A DNA stretch of 64,000 nt, taken from an uncultured Rhodospirillaceae bacterium. GTDB taxonomy: Bacteria > Pseudomonadota > Alphaproteobacteria > UBA6615. Below are positions 1 to 7,829 of this stretch, piece after piece. The position numbers and the translations under genes are program-made. Under the pieces are notes generated by a model, which saw only the letters and a list, made by a program, of their open reading frames with translations, ran no database searches and had not been told where the DNA came from. The DNA is taken from positions 6,958 through 70,957 of the forward strand of contig CAZHBA010000110.1 in assembly GCA_964530225.1 (NCBI GenBank), in the 5' to 3' direction. Position 1 is the stretch's first letter; each line of letters starts with the position of its first letter.

Positions 1-70
1 CCGATAACTGGTCGTCGCATCGGCTACTATAATCAGGGCCGAATGAACACAACTTCTGGGGGAAACAGAT

Positions 71-718
71 ATGAGTTTAGAAAACCAGCTGACCAAAATT
101 CGCGAGGCCAGCGCCAAACGAATTCCTGAGGACAAACGTGCAGTCCTGGGTAGCCACACCCAGGAGTTAATCGATTCAGGTATCATGGACCGGACGATCC
201 AGGTCGGCGATACCTTGCCGCCTTTCGCTTTACAGAATTCGAACGGAGCCGAAGTTACGTCAGCCGGATTACTGGCCCAGGGGATGGTGGTAATGACCGT
301 GTTCCGCGGCCATTGGTGACCGTACTGCAATGCAGAGCTGTATGCTATGCGCAACATCGTAGAACCTTTGAAAGACCTCCGCACGACCCTGGTTGCCCTC
401 ACCCCACAACTGCCCGAATTCAGCGCCGGCATGGTCGAAAAACATAAATTGAACTTCGACATGCTCGCCGATCCCGGCAATGCCTATGCCGCGGAACTGG
501 GTATTCGCTTCGATTTGCCCGACGCGGTGCGCGAGATTTACCTGGGCTTCGGCAATGACCTGGCGACCGTCAATGGCGACGACAGTTGGACCCTGCCAAT
601 GCCGGCGCGCATTGTCGTCGACAACGGTGGCATTGTGCGTGCCACCGATATCGATCCCCGCTACAACACGAGACCCGAACCCGAAAAGACCCTTGAGGAC
701 GTAAGAGCGCTCGCTTAG
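71..718 (+). CDS. Peroxiredoxin-like (AhpC/TSA, PRX_like2-type) thiol:disulfide oxidoreductase. One reading frame is interrupted by an in-frame TGA at 317-319, which is either a selenocysteine codon or a nonsense mutation.
   Basis: ORFs 71-319 and 347-718 are in the same frame. Read through the TGA, the sequence is ...VMTVFRGHW[TGA]PYCNAELYAMR..., matching the conserved F-R-G-x-W-C-P-Y-C motif of PRX_like2 redoxins with TGA at the first Cys. The frame stays open for 133 further codons. A hairpin lies at 332-350. Confidence 0.6.
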
Positions 719-844
719 CGGCTAAATCCTCAGCAGTTATTTGCCGAGTACTCGATCATCGGGCGCCCAGTTTACGTTTGGCCAGGCGTCAAGCCCGGCC
801 TCCTGGCTTGACAACCTCCCGCCGCCGAACCATCGTGTCGGCCT

Positions 845-940
845 TAAAGTGATGCTGGGGTGTCCCCGAATGTTCGGGGTCTGAGATTATACCCACGAAC
901 CTGATCCGGATCATGCCGGCGGAGGGAGCTATCGCAAGTC
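845..940 (+). promoter_or_regulatory. TPP (thiamine pyrophosphate, THI-box) riboswitch aptamer in the leader of the ABC operon that starts at 993
   Basis: CTGGGGTGTCCCCGAATGTTCGGGGTCTGAGATTATACCCACGAACCTGATCCGGATCATGCCGGCGGAGGGAGC matches the THI-box core (GGGGUGC..stem..CUGAGA..ACCC..GAACCUGAUCCGGAUAAUGCCGGCG.AGGGA). The P3 hairpin is CCCCGA/TCGGGG. A downstream CTCCCCC (948-954) can pair either with the aptamer 3' GGAGGG or with the SD GGGAG (982-986). Confidence 0.85.
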
Positions 941-992
941 TCGCAAACTCCCCCACCGCCCTAACCACCGGATCGCTTGCCGGGAGATAGCT

Positions 993-2132
993 ATGTCTAT
1001 TCGTTCTTCGTTGCTCGCTCTAATCGGCGCTGCTTGTTGCACGCTTGCTTTGGCGAATATCGCCAGCGCACAGTCGAAGCCAGTGACCATTCCGGTGCTG
1101 GTGCCGCTCACCGGGTTCCTGTCGCTGGAAGGCACCAGCCAGCGCAACGGCGCCGATCTGGCCCTGCGCGGAGCGGCCAATGCCGGCGTGAGTTATGCGG
1201 TCAGTGACACCGCGACCTCGCCAGAGGTGGCGGTCAACGCTCTTGAGCGCGCCATGACCGGCGACAATGTGGTCGCCGTCGTTGCCCCCATGCTGGGCAC
1301 CCAGATGCTGGCTCTGGTGCCACTTGCCGACGAGTTCAAGGTGCCCCTGGTAACAGTGTCGGGTACCGCCAAGATCACCGAGCTGGGTAGCCCCAACGTC
1401 TACCGCTTTTTCCCCGGCGACGTGGTGGTCAAGCAGGCACACGCGCGCTACGCGGTCGAAGAACTGAGCATCAAGCGGCCCGCCGTGGTCTATCAGACCA
1501 CCGCCTACGGCCAAAGCGGCCGCGCCGAGCTATCGCGTAATCTGACCGCGCTGGGCATCCCGCCGGTAGTCGAAGAGGCGATCGCGGTATCGGTCAAGGA
1601 CATGCTGCCGGTGCTGAGCAAGGTGCGTGCCGCCAACGCCGATGCGTTGCTGCTACACTTGCACGCCGGCTCGACGGCGCTGGTTATTCGCCAGGCGCGG
1701 GCCGCCGGCATCGACATTCCCATCGTCGCTGGCTCGGCCATGCACCAGCCGCAGACCGCCGCCCTGTTGGAGCCGGCCGAGCTCGCCGGCGTGTGCGCCG
1801 AAAGCGGCTCGTCGCCGATCTCCGGCGGCAACCGCGACATGGAGGACTTCGCTAAACGCTACCGCGCTGCCTTCGGCAGCGAGCCCGACGCCTTCGCGCT
1901 GGGCCAGTACGATGCGGTGCAGATGATCCTCGCGGCGATCCACGCCGGTGCGCGCACCCCCGCCACCATCCGTAGCGCCCTGGCCAACAATAGCCACGAT
2001 GGTCTGGCCATGACCTACCGATCCGACGGCAAGGGAAACATGGCCCACGACGCGGTCATCCTCTGCTACGACGGATCGGACCGCATGCCAGACATCGTCA
2101 AACGCTACGAGAACGTTACCGGTGTACGGTAG
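993..2132 (+). CDS. ABC transporter substrate-binding protein, LivJ/LivK-like (PBP type 1, Peripla_BP_6-like), with signal peptide
   Basis: The N-terminal signal is MSIRSSLLALIGAACCTLALANIASA. The body resembles branched-chain amino acid-type binding proteins. It is the first gene of a Liv-type operon. Confidence 0.85.
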   Translation: MSIRSSLLALIGAACCTLALANIASAQSKPVTIPVLVPLTGFLSLEGTSQRNGADLALRGAANAGVSYAVSDTATSPEVAVNALERAMTGDNVVAVVAPMLGTQMLALVPLADEFKVPLVTVSGTAKITELGSPNVYRFFPGDVVVKQAHARYAVEELSIKRPAVVYQTTAYGQSGRAELSRNLTALGIPPVVEEAIAVSVKDMLPVLSKVRAANADALLLHLHAGSTALVIRQARAAGIDIPIVAGSAMHQPQTAALLEPAELAGVCAESGSSPISGGNRDMEDFAKRYRAAFGSEPDAFALGQYDAVQMILAAIHAGARTPATIRSALANNSHDGLAMTYRSDGKGNMAHDAVILCYDGSDRMPDIVKRYENVTGVR

Positions 2133-2190
2133 AAATCAGCTACACACTGGAACATGATTCTTGCCGCTTCGCTCGCCCACCCCTCCCTAA

Positions 2191-2312
2191 CCCTCCCCCT
2201 CGATGGGGGGAGGGAACGTGTTGGCGGCGCAGCTAGACTTCCCCCTCCCTCCTTGCGGAGTAGGGATGGGGTAGGGGATCCGTTAAAAAGCCCTCTCCCA
2301 CAGGGAGAGGGC
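2191..2312. repeat. Cluster of three GC-rich palindromic (REP-like) hairpins between the binding-protein and permease genes
   Basis: The hairpins are CCCTCCCCC-TCGAT-GGGGGGAGGG (2191-2214), an imperfect CCCCCTCCCTCC-TTGC-GGAGTAGGGATGGGG (about 2240-2277), and GCCCTCTCC-CACA-GGGAGAGGGC (2290-2312). The last ends 3 nt before the ATG at 2316. Confidence 0.7.
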
Positions 2313-2315
2313 TAG

Positions 2316-3200
2316 ATGCTCGCAGCGCAACTAGCGCTGAACGCGCTCGCTCTGGGGGCGGCCTATGCGCTAGTGGCGCTAGGCTTCGTGCTGGTGTTGA
2401 ACGCTACAACGGCGGTGAATTTCGGCCACGGCGACACCGTCGTCGCCGGCGGCTTTCTAGCCGTCGTCCTGGCAACACTCGTCCCTGTTGACTTTGCTGT
2501 GCCCGGGCTAGTGCTGCTACCCGCCATCCTGGCGCTAATGGCGCTGTTCGGCGTCGTCATGTCGTGGCTGGTCTACCTGCCAATCCACGACCGGCCACCG
2601 GTAGTCACTTTTATTACTACCATCGCGTTCGGCATCATCGTCGCCAACGGAATTAACGCCGTGTTCGGCGGCGCACCACGCAGCGCGCCGACATTGATCG
2701 GCGGCGGCGGATTCTATGCCGGCGATCTTTTCCTCAGCCGCCAGTCGGTCGCCATTATCGCCGTCTCGGCGGTGCTGATCGCCGCCTTGTCGCTGTTACT
2801 CAACCGTACCCAAATCGGCCGCCAGTTGCGCGCCTGCGCCCAAGATCCGGAGATGGCCCAGGCCGTAGGCATCCGCCTCACCCGCATGACCATGATCACC
2901 TTCGCGCTCGCCGCCGCGCTGGCCGGCGCCGCCGGGTTACTACTTACCAACCAGTTCTTCGTCACACCGAGCGATGGCGGCATGTTGATACTCAAGACCT
3001 ACATCGCGGTGACCATCGGTGGCTGGGGCAGCTTGCGCGGGGCGGTCGCTGGGGCGATGCTAATCGCCGCGTTCGAGGTGGCGGTGGCCAGCCAGTTCTC
3101 CCAGCCGCTCGCCGAGGGTCTGCTCTACGTTACCCTGTTCGTGGTGCTGTTCTTCCGACCGCAAGGGCTGTTCGGCGAAACCGTCAGTCAGCGCGCGTGA
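2316..3200 (+). CDS. Branched-chain amino acid-type ABC transporter permease (LivH-like)
   Basis: A 294 aa polytopic membrane protein with typical LivH composition and operon position. Confidence 0.85.
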   Translation: MLAAQLALNALALGAAYALVALGFVLVLNATTAVNFGHGDTVVAGGFLAVVLATLVPVDFAVPGLVLLPAILALMALFGVVMSWLVYLPIHDRPPVVTFITTIAFGIIVANGINAVFGGAPRSAPTLIGGGGFYAGDLFLSRQSVAIIAVSAVLIAALSLLLNRTQIGRQLRACAQDPEMAQAVGIRLTRMTMITFALAAALAGAAGLLLTNQFFVTPSDGGMLILKTYIAVTIGGWGSLRGAVAGAMLIAAFEVAVASQFSQPLAEGLLYVTLFVVLFFRPQGLFGETVSQRA

Positions 3201-3207
3201 CCCGTCG

Positions 3208-4926
3208 ATGATAAAATTCCGCGTCAGTGCCGGTCCCATTCTCGCGGTCATCGCTGTGGCGATCGCGGCCTACGCGGTGCTGTTTGCCTCGTCCTACGGT
3301 CTGCGCGTACTCACCGTCTCGGGTATCTATGTGATCCTGGTGCTCGGCTATCAGTTCATCTTTGGCCACGCCGGCGCGCTAAGCCTGGCGCAAGGCGCGT
3401 TCTTTGGCCTCAGCGCCTACGTAACCGGTATTCTCGGCAGCCAACTGGGCTGGCAGTTCCCCGCCACGTTTTTCCTGTCGATCCTGATGCCCGCCCTACT
3501 CGCCGCAACTATCGCGCTGCCAGTGCTGCGGCTTGAATCCCACTACTTCGCGCTGGCCACCCTGACGCTCGGCCAGGGACTGCTGCTCATCGCGATCAAT
3601 TGGGAGGGCGTGACCGGCGGTGCCAACGGCTTACCCGGGGTGCCCGGCATCGTTTTATTCGACATCGCCGTGCCGCGCGGCCTGGCCCTACTGGGTTTCG
3701 TCTGGGGACTGGCAGCAGGCGGCGCGGCGCTCGCCTGGTGGGTGATGCACGGACTCTACGGCCTGTCTTTCACGGTTATGCGTGAGACCCCACTGGCTGC
3801 CGGCGCCCTGGGTATCGACCGGGCGGCGCTGCGCTTCGCCGCCTTCGTGCTCAGCGCCGCCTACGGCGGCGCGGCCGGGGCACTGTTCGTCCACACCGTG
3901 CGTGTAATATCGCCGGAGGTACTCGGCTTCGCCGTCATGGTGACCTGTCTGACCATGACCGTGGCCGGCGGACGCACCCGGATCGCCGGTGCGGTGATCG
4001 GCGCGGTCTTGTTGGTCCATTTACCCGAATGGTTTCGCGGCCTCGAACAGTATTACCTGGTCGCGGTGGGCGCGGTGCTGCTGCTGTTTATCCTGTTTGT
4101 TCCCGACGGTGCGGCAGCGTTTATCGTTCGCCGGCCCGCCAGGTCTGCGGACGGTCCGGCGCCGGACCGCACACCGCTTGATATCAGCCCGCAACGCACG
4201 CGCGGTCTTGAGATAAGCGGCCTGACAAAAAATTATGGTGGCATCCGCGCGCTGGCCGGGGTCGACGTTAGCGTCGCGCCGGGTGAGGTCGTCGGACTCA
4301 TCGGCCCCAACGGGTCCGGCAAAACGACCCTGGCCAATCTGGTCACCGGGCTCGACCGCCCCGACAGCGGCCAGATCGTCCTAGAGACCGATGATATCAC
4401 CGGTCTGGCGGTGCACCGGATCGCGCGGCTTGGCATCGGGCGCACCTTCCAGGCACCGCAGCTGGCGCCGTCGCTAACACTAATCGACGCCGTCGCCGCC
4501 GCCCACGCCGCCGACAATAAGCACGATTTGGCCTCGGCGCGCGACGATGCATCGGTGATCCTCGCGCGCTTTGGCCTCGCCGAGCGCGCTGGCCAGCTGT
4601 GTGCCAGCCAGCCCCACGGGGTGAAACGCAGTGCCGACCTGGCCGCGGCGCTAGCCCGCCGGCCCTCGGTGATCGTGCTTGACGAACCGGCGGCCGGGTT
4701 AACCCAGGACGAAGCTGCCACCCTTGCCGGCGTGTTGCGTGCCTACGCCGCCAACGGCGCGGCGGTGCTGGTGATCGATCACGACATGACCTTCCTGCTG
4801 CCTCTGGCCCAGCGTCTGGTCTGTCTCGATGCCGGCCAAGTCATCGCCCACGGCGCACCTGACGAGGTGATCGGCGAACCGGCGGTGGTCGCGGCCTATT
4901 TCGGTGCTGGTGGGAGCAGATCATGA
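3208..4926 (+). CDS. Fused LivM-like permease and LivG-like ATP-binding protein
   Basis: The N-terminal 310 aa or so are hydrophobic permease. The C-terminal domain has Walker A GPNGSGKTT, Q-loop RTFQ, Walker B VIVLDEP and H-loop IDHDM. The signature motif is degenerate (SQPHGVKR instead of LSYGQQRR). Confidence 0.85.
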   Translation: MIKFRVSAGPILAVIAVAIAAYAVLFASSYGLRVLTVSGIYVILVLGYQFIFGHAGALSLAQGAFFGLSAYVTGILGSQLGWQFPATFFLSILMPALLAATIALPVLRLESHYFALATLTLGQGLLLIAINWEGVTGGANGLPGVPGIVLFDIAVPRGLALLGFVWGLAAGGAALAWWVMHGLYGLSFTVMRETPLAAGALGIDRAALRFAAFVLSAAYGGAAGALFVHTVRVISPEVLGFAVMVTCLTMTVAGGRTRIAGAVIGAVLLVHLPEWFRGLEQYYLVAVGAVLLLFILFVPDGAAAFIVRRPARSADGPAPDRTPLDISPQRTRGLEISGLTKNYGGIRALAGVDVSVAPGEVVGLIGPNGSGKTTLANLVTGLDRPDSGQIVLETDDITGLAVHRIARLGIGRTFQAPQLAPSLTLIDAVAAAHAADNKHDLASARDDASVILARFGLAERAGQLCASQPHGVKRSADLAAALARRPSVIVLDEPAAGLTQDEAATLAGVLRAYAANGAAVLVIDHDMTFLLPLAQRLVCLDAGQVIAHGAPDEVIGEPAVVAAYFGAGGSRS

Positions 4927-5639
4927 GCGCGTCCCTGCTTTCAGTCGCCGGTCTGTCTATCGCCTATGGTGGCGTCGTCGCCGTTGCGCCGCTGAGCTTT
5001 ACAGTTGAGACCAGTGAATGCCTCGTCATTTTAGGCGCCAATGGCGCCGGCAAGTCGAGCCTGTTACGCGGTCTCATGGGATTGGCGCCGGCCAGCGGAG
5101 AGATAACCTTTGACGGCGCCAACATAGCCGCCTTGGCGGCTGCGGACCGGGCGCGGCACGGGATCGCTTTCGTTCCCGAGGGACGGCGGGTCTTCGCCGG
5201 CATGACGGTACGCGAAAACCTCGAGGTCGCCGCGCATGCGAATGCCATCGAGCGACAGCGGCGGTGCAATGAGGCCTATACCCTATTTCCGCAACTAGCC
5301 GCGCGCGATGGCGACGCGGCATGGCAGCTATCTGGCGGTCAGCAACAGATGCTCGCCATCGCCCGGGCAATGATGGCGCGGCCTAAACTGTTACTAATGG
5401 ATGAGCCGTCGCTCGGCCTGGCTCCCACCGTCGCCAAGGACGTGGTTGATGCGCTAGCGGCCATCGCCACCGACACCACCATCGTGCTCGCCGAGCAAAA
5501 CGCCAGCCTGGCCCTCGACATCGCCGTCCACGCCATCATCCTCGACCGTGGCCGCGTGGCCTTCACGGGCACCACAGCCGAGGTCCGCACCCACCCCGAA
5601 TTGCTCGGCCCCACCCCCATGGCCGCAGCCTCATCCTAA
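4923..5639 (+). CDS. ABC transporter ATP-binding protein (LivF-like)
   Basis: Contains Walker A GANGAGKSS, signature LSGGQQQMLAIARA and Walker B LLLMDEPS. Its start overlaps the upstream stop (ATGA). Confidence 0.9.
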   Translation: MSASLLSVAGLSIAYGGVVAVAPLSFTVETSECLVILGANGAGKSSLLRGLMGLAPASGEITFDGANIAALAAADRARHGIAFVPEGRRVFAGMTVRENLEVAAHANAIERQRRCNEAYTLFPQLAARDGDAAWQLSGGQQQMLAIARAMMARPKLLLMDEPSLGLAPTVAKDVVDALAAIATDTTIVLAEQNASLALDIAVHAIILDRGRVAFTGTTAEVRTHPELLGPTPMAAASS

Positions 5640-5642
5640 GCT

Positions 5643-5715
5643 CCTCATCCTGAGCCTGTCGAAGGACGAGGAGAGGAAACAGCAGACCTCATACTTCGAC
5701 AAGCTCAGCATGAGG
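5643..5715. terminator. Imperfect 22-bp inverted repeat (REP-like, probably a bidirectional terminator) between convergent genes
   Basis: CCTCATCCTGAGCCTGTCGAAG (5643-5664) pairs with CTTCGACAAGCTCAGCATGAGG (5694-5715), 20 of 22 complementary. It lies between the stop at 5639 (+) and the stop at 5725 (-). Confidence 0.6.
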
Positions 5716-5724
5716 CATCCCTTT

Positions 5725-6321
5725 TTAAGGACAGCTAGCCTGGGCAAGCCAGCTGGCGGCGGCACCTTTGGTGGTCCACACCGTGACCACGACCGTTCCT
5801 TTTACCTTTAGCTGCTCGCGATAAGCGCAGCCAACCTCCAACGCGATGCCAGGAGCAAGCGCCTTGTCGGTTTCCTCGGCCAGCACCAACGACAGCCGCT
5901 CACTACTTTCGACCGACAGCTCCAACAAATCGCCGCGGGCGATTGCCCAGTCGACAAAGCTGTTCTCGGCGTCACCGAACGTGGGTGCAAGAAAATTTTT
6001 GGGCAGGCGAACGAACGAGCGGTGCACCCAGGCTTCGATATCCGGCGAATCCTCGCTGGCGCCTTTCTCTTTGATGCCGACGATACGCACCCAGCGACCC
6101 GTCTGGTCAACCGCGTTGACCTTGTTGCCACGCTTGAGGCGAGCCACGATGTCGTGACCCTCTCCGGGGCCGCCACGCACGTTGAGGTTCTTGACCCGGA
6201 CGGTGCCCTGCCAACTGCGCGCCGCTATGTGTTCATCGGCGAATACCGGCGCCGGCGTTAACGCCACGGGCAACGCGAGCGCCGCCAACAAAATCAGTAT
6301 GCCAATCCAGACGCTCTTCAT
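5725..6321 (-). CDS. Secreted SH3b-domain protein (hypothetical)
   Basis: A signal peptide MKSVWIGILILLAALALPVALTPAPVFA is followed by an SH3b-like segment (VRVKNLNVRGGPGEGHDIVARLKRGNKVNAVDQTGRWVRI). Confidence 0.55.
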   Translation of the reverse strand: MKSVWIGILILLAALALPVALTPAPVFADEHIAARSWQGTVRVKNLNVRGGPGEGHDIVARLKRGNKVNAVDQTGRWVRIVGIKEKGASEDSPDIEAWVHRSFVRLPKNFLAPTFGDAENSFVDWAIARGDLLELSVESSERLSLVLAEETDKALAPGIALEVGCAYREQLKVKGTVVVTVWTTKGAAASWLAQASCP

Positions 6322-6487
6322 TGCGCCTACCGTTTTGGTGAGTGTCGCAGTTTAACAGAACTTCCGGCGGCCGTCCTAAGCGCAGAAATTGGCCGGGTCC
6401 GCCCTAACGACCCGGATCTACTCTAACGACTCTGCCGATTTGCCTATAAACTGCGCCACATTCGCGCCCGTTTACAGGAATTAGTCC

Positions 6488-7177
6488 ATGCCCCGGCCCA
6501 TCGAACTCGCCCACACCACCGACGACGCCCGCCAGGCGGCGCAACGCGCGGCGGAGATACTGCTCGACATCAAAGCGGTGAATTTTCGCCCCGACGACCC
6601 CTATACCTTCACCTCGGGCCGTAAGAGCCCGAGCTATATCGACTGCCGGCGCATTATTTCCTTCCCACAAGCACGCCGCAAGCTAACCCGGCTCGCTGTC
6701 GATCTGATCGAGCGCGACATCGGCGAAAGCGAGATCGACGTCGTCGCCGGTGGCGAGACCGCGGGTATTCCCTTCGCCGCCTGGATCGCCGCCAAGATAA
6801 ATTTGCCGATGGTCTATGTGCGCAAGGAGCCCAAGGGCTTCGCTCGCATGGCGCAGATCGAGGGCGAGCTGACCGAGGGTGCGCGGGTGCTCCTGGTCGA
6901 GGACCTGACCACCGACGGCGGCAGCAAGGTGCGCTTCATCGAAGCACTGCGTAAAGCCGGTGCACAGGTCGCCCATACCTACGTCGTCTTCCATTACGGC
7001 ATCTTCGCAGAGAGCCTCACCACCATGGCCGAACTCGACGTCAATCTACACGCCCTGGCGACCTGGTGGGACGTGCTCGAAGTGGCCCGCGCGCGCTCTC
7101 TCTACACGCCGGATCAGCTCGACACCGTCGAGGCCTATCTCGACGACCCGGAAGGCTGGAGCGCGGCGCGGGAGTAG
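6488..7177 (+). CDS. pyrE: Orotate phosphoribosyltransferase
   Basis: Has the PRPP-binding motif VLLVEDLTTDGGSK and the FTSGRKSPSYID motif. Length is 229 aa. Confidence 0.9.
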   Translation: MPRPIELAHTTDDARQAAQRAAEILLDIKAVNFRPDDPYTFTSGRKSPSYIDCRRIISFPQARRKLTRLAVDLIERDIGESEIDVVAGGETAGIPFAAWIAAKINLPMVYVRKEPKGFARMAQIEGELTEGARVLLVEDLTTDGGSKVRFIEALRKAGAQVAHTYVVFHYGIFAESLTTMAELDVNLHALATWWDVLEVARARSLYTPDQLDTVEAYLDDPEGWSAARE

Positions 7178-7290
7178 ACCTTTCGACCACCGCCGACAAA
7201 TTCGGCCACACCGAGCCCCAATTGATCGAAGTCATTCCGACGATGTACTCTCTTAGGTGACGTTGCGCTCTAACGACCGGAGAGGACGCA

Positions 7291-7662
7291 ATGTTGAAAC
7301 GAGGTTTCAAGCAAATGCTGGCCGAGGCGAATGCTATGATCGAATCGGCCTCGGTGCAAGGTTTGACCTATTTGATGGAAGACCCGGAAGCCATGCCAGT
7401 CGACGTTCGCGAGACGGTTGAGCACGAGAGCAATGGCGCCATACCGGGATCACTGCACGTGCCACGCGGCATGCTCGAATTTAAGGCCGACCCGGACAGC
7501 CCAGTTTACGATAACGAGCTCAGCCCAGAAGATCTCTTGATACCTTATTGCGGTACCGGTGGGCGTTCCCCGCTGACCGCCAAAACCTTGTCCAGCATGG
7601 ATTACCAGGACGTCTCGTCGCCGGCCAGCGGCCATACCGCGTGGTGCGCCGCGCAAAAATAG
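7291..7662 (+). CDS. Rhodanese-like sulfurtransferase domain protein
   Basis: Has the active-site loop YCGTGGRS (C-X5-R type) and IPGSLHVPRGMLEF, typical of single-domain rhodaneses. Confidence 0.75.
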   Translation: MLKRGFKQMLAEANAMIESASVQGLTYLMEDPEAMPVDVRETVEHESNGAIPGSLHVPRGMLEFKADPDSPVYDNELSPEDLLIPYCGTGGRSPLTAKTLSSMDYQDVSSPASGHTAWCAAQK

Positions 7663-7829
7663 ATCGCGCCAAAGTCCTGCTCCGTAACCAGAATTGGAGC
7701 ATGCGATCGCCGCAATATTTTCCCGTGGGCAAATGGATTTTAGGTCGCAAAAGTTTCAATTGCCCAGCGCAGCCGTACAGTTTGATGTTAAGGGTTGGAC
7801 AGGTGCAGACCGATGTACGGAGAACGGGC

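Noticed and set aside
7548-7829. The N-terminal extension of the family-5 binding protein given by the ORF track (start 7548). Similar extensions occur at 23970 (IOR), 33051 (EF-G paralog), 55069 (proC), 55364 (ybjN), 45789 (mobB), 50796 (response regulator) and 56104 (SDR).
   Set aside because: The extensions overlap neighbouring genes or are non-protein-like. Internal ATGs preceded by SD-like sequences give N-termini that match homologs, such as signal peptides, Rossmann motifs and P-loops.
7662-7829. A possible riboswitch upstream of the Dpp-type operon, based on the CCGTACA...TGTACGG 7-bp stem enclosing about 34 nt
   Set aside because: There is only a single stem and no match to any riboswitch core I recognise. 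It may simply be a leader hairpin. Evidence was insufficient to report it as a feature.
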